57,673 nucleotides of DNA from Bacteroidia bacterium. Its GTDB lineage: Bacteria; Bacteroidota; Bacteroidia; UKL13-3. The stretch spans positions 1 to 57,673 of the forward strand of contig JBIKKC010000001.1 in assembly GCA_044360615.1 (NCBI GenBank). The letters run 5' to 3'. The stretch's first letter is position 1; each line of letters opens with the position of its first letter. Below, one piece after another: positions 56,127-57,673 of this stretch. The position numbers and the translations under genes were made by a program. The notes beneath the pieces were generated by a model that saw nothing but the letters and a program-made list of their open reading frames with translations, made no database searches and was not told the origin of the DNA.

Positions 56127-57673
56127 TTAGTTCGCTTTTTCCCTCCTAACACCCAACACAGATTTTACCATGGCATAAATGCTTTTTGCATCGTATCCGC
56201 ATTCTTGGTAAAGTTCAGATTGTTCGCCATGTTCCACAATTCTATCTGGCATCCCTAAACGCTTAACATCTGCATTATAGTGGTGATCTGCCATAAACTC
56301 TAAAACCGCAGAACCAAAACCTCCAACTATAGTGCCATCTTCCACTGTGATGATATGCTTAAATGTAGCAAATACCTCATGCAATAGTTCCTCATCAATA
56401 GGCTTAACAAAGCGCATATCATAATGGGCACCTTGAATACCTTCTTTATCTAATAGGTTCAATGCGGTTCTTGCTAGATTACCAGCCGTACCAAAAGTAA
56501 GTATAGCAATATCAGTGCCTTCTCTTAGTTTTCTTCCTTTACCAATAGGTAGTTCTTGAAATGGGCGCTTCCAATCTATCATAACCCCATTTCCTCTAGG
56601 ATAACGGATACTGAATGGTCCAGCATTTTTCTTTAAAGAGCCTGTGAACATTAGATTTCTTAACTCTTCCTCATCCATTGGTGCAGATACTACCATATTA
56701 GGTACACAGCGCATATAGGGTATATCTAACATGCCATGATGTGTTTGCCCATCTGCCCCTGCCAAGCCCGCTCTATCCATACAAAATACTACATGTAACT
56801 TCTGTAAAGCCACATCATGCACTACTTGATCGTAGGCTCTTTGCATGAATGTTGAATAAATATTACAGAAGGGAACCATGCCTTGTGTGGCTAGACCCGC
56901 GCTAAAAGTTACAGCATGTTGTTCTGCAATGCCCACATCAAAAGCTCTGTCAGGCATAGCTTTCATCATAATATTCATGCTACTGCCCGATGGCATAGCA
57001 GGCGTAACACCAACAACTTTTAAATTTTGCTCTGCTAATTCAACCAAGGTATGTCCAAATACATCTTGGTACTTGGGTGGTTGAGGAGCTGCTACAGGTG
57101 ATTTAAAAATTTCACCTGACACCTTATCAAATAAACCTGGCGCGTGCCATTTGGTTTGATCTTTTTCTGCAGGTGCAAATCCTTTACCTTTTACCGTAAC
57201 GCAATGCAACAACTTTGGCCCAGGAATTTTCTTTAAATCATTAAAAATTTTAACCATGTGGTTAACGTCATGTCCGTCTACTGGTCCAAAATACCTAAAC
57301 CCTAAAGACTCAAACATATTGCTATGGGTTAACAATCCACCTTTTAGGGTATCATGTACTTTAGAGAGTATTTCTTGCGAGACCTTACCCATTTTACTAA
57401 GCTTATCTAAGGTCTTCCAAATATCGTCTTTAAACTTATTGTATGTAGGCGAGGTAGTGATGTCTGTTAAATAATCTTTGAGGGCGCCTACATTAGGGTC
57501 AATGCTCATGCAATTATCATTAAGTACCACAATAATATTAGCATTGGCAACACCGGCATGGTTTAGACCTTCAAAGGCCATTCCACCAGTTAAGGCACCA
57601 TCCCCAATAACCGCAATATGCTGCTTATCGTGTTCTCCTTTTAATTTAGAAGCAACAGCCATTCCAAGCGCTG
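56127..57673 (-). CDS. dxs: 1-deoxy-D-xylulose-5-phosphate synthase, C-terminal ~515 codons (5' end beyond the right edge)
   Basis: The track ORF starts at an internal Met (57662). The frame stays open to 57673 (…ALGMAVASKL). ThDP motif IAVIGDGALTGGMAFEGLNHAG and transketolase-like C-terminal domains. Its stop abuts the pyrH stop (TAATTA). Confidence 0.95.
   Translation of the reverse strand, partial: ALGMAVASKLKGEHDKQHIAVIGDGALTGGMAFEGLNHAGVANANIIVVLNDNCMSIDPNVGALKDYLTDITTSPTYNKFKDDIWKTLDKLSKMGKVSQEILSKVHDTLKGGLLTHSNMFESLGFRYFGPVDGHDVNHMVKIFNDLKKIPGPKLLHCVTVKGKGFAPAEKDQTKWHAPGLFDKVSGEIFKSPVAAPQPPKYQDVFGHTLVELAEQNLKVVGVTPAMPSGSSMNIMMKAMPDRAFDVGIAEQHAVTFSAGLATQGMVPFCNIYSTFMQRAYDQVVHDVALQKLHVVFCMDRAGLAGADGQTHHGMLDIPYMRCVPNMVVSAPMDEEELRNLMFTGSLKKNAGPFSIRYPRGNGVMIDWKRPFQELPIGKGRKLREGTDIAILTFGTAGNLARTALNLLDKEGIQGAHYDMRFVKPIDEELLHEVFATFKHIITVEDGTIVGGFGSAVLEFMADHHYNADVKRLGMPDRIVEHGEQSELYQECGYDAKSIYAMVKSVLGVRREKAN

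Noticed and set aside
1-57673. Search for CRISPR arrays, IS elements, integrases, phage or conjugation genes, toxin-antitoxin pairs and known defence genes
   Set aside because: I saw no regularly spaced direct repeats, no transposase, recombinase or reverse-transcriptase-like ORFs, and no terminal inverted repeats flanking the AT-rich segments. The window reads as syntenic core genome. I could not run a computational repeat search.

Overview
The window is about 57.7 kb of a low-GC Bacteroidota-type chromosome. Three things support this assignment: several proteins end in T9SS-type C-terminal sorting domains, TAnnTT(T/C)G promoter boxes recur, and the gene content fits. I count 51 protein-coding genes. 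Two run off the window edges: a large secreted surface protein on the left (absent from the ORF track) and dxs on the right. I found no rRNA, tRNA, CRISPR array, transposase, integrase or phage genes, so this looks like compact core genome rather than a mobile island. Confident housekeeping calls are uvrA, hflX, dut, rpoN, ispH, panD, rplM-rpsI-rpsB-tsf-pyrH, dxs, a two-component pair, glutathione peroxidase and acyl-CoA dehydrogenase. None of the following candidate systems can be proven novel from sequence alone. (1) A tightly coupled FIST sensor, eight-PAS orphan histidine kinase and secreted Kazal-domain/T9SS protein operon (46956-52539). (2) A lipid-carrier glycosylation module at 17875-22515: an intact GT2, a small SAM methyltransferase and a 971-aa GT-C/TPR protein. 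The 971-aa protein carries a catalytically dead copy of a GT2 domain at its N-terminus. (3) A Fic-fold protein with an HTH and with both its catalytic and inhibitory motifs degenerate (22695-23867). (4) A very AT-rich islet encoding a small membrane protein plus a GT2-like membrane protein without a DxD motif (35056-36734). (5) A translationally coupled panD, UPF0104 membrane protein and cytidylyltransferase operon. All family assignments come from motif recognition by eye. No searches were run.
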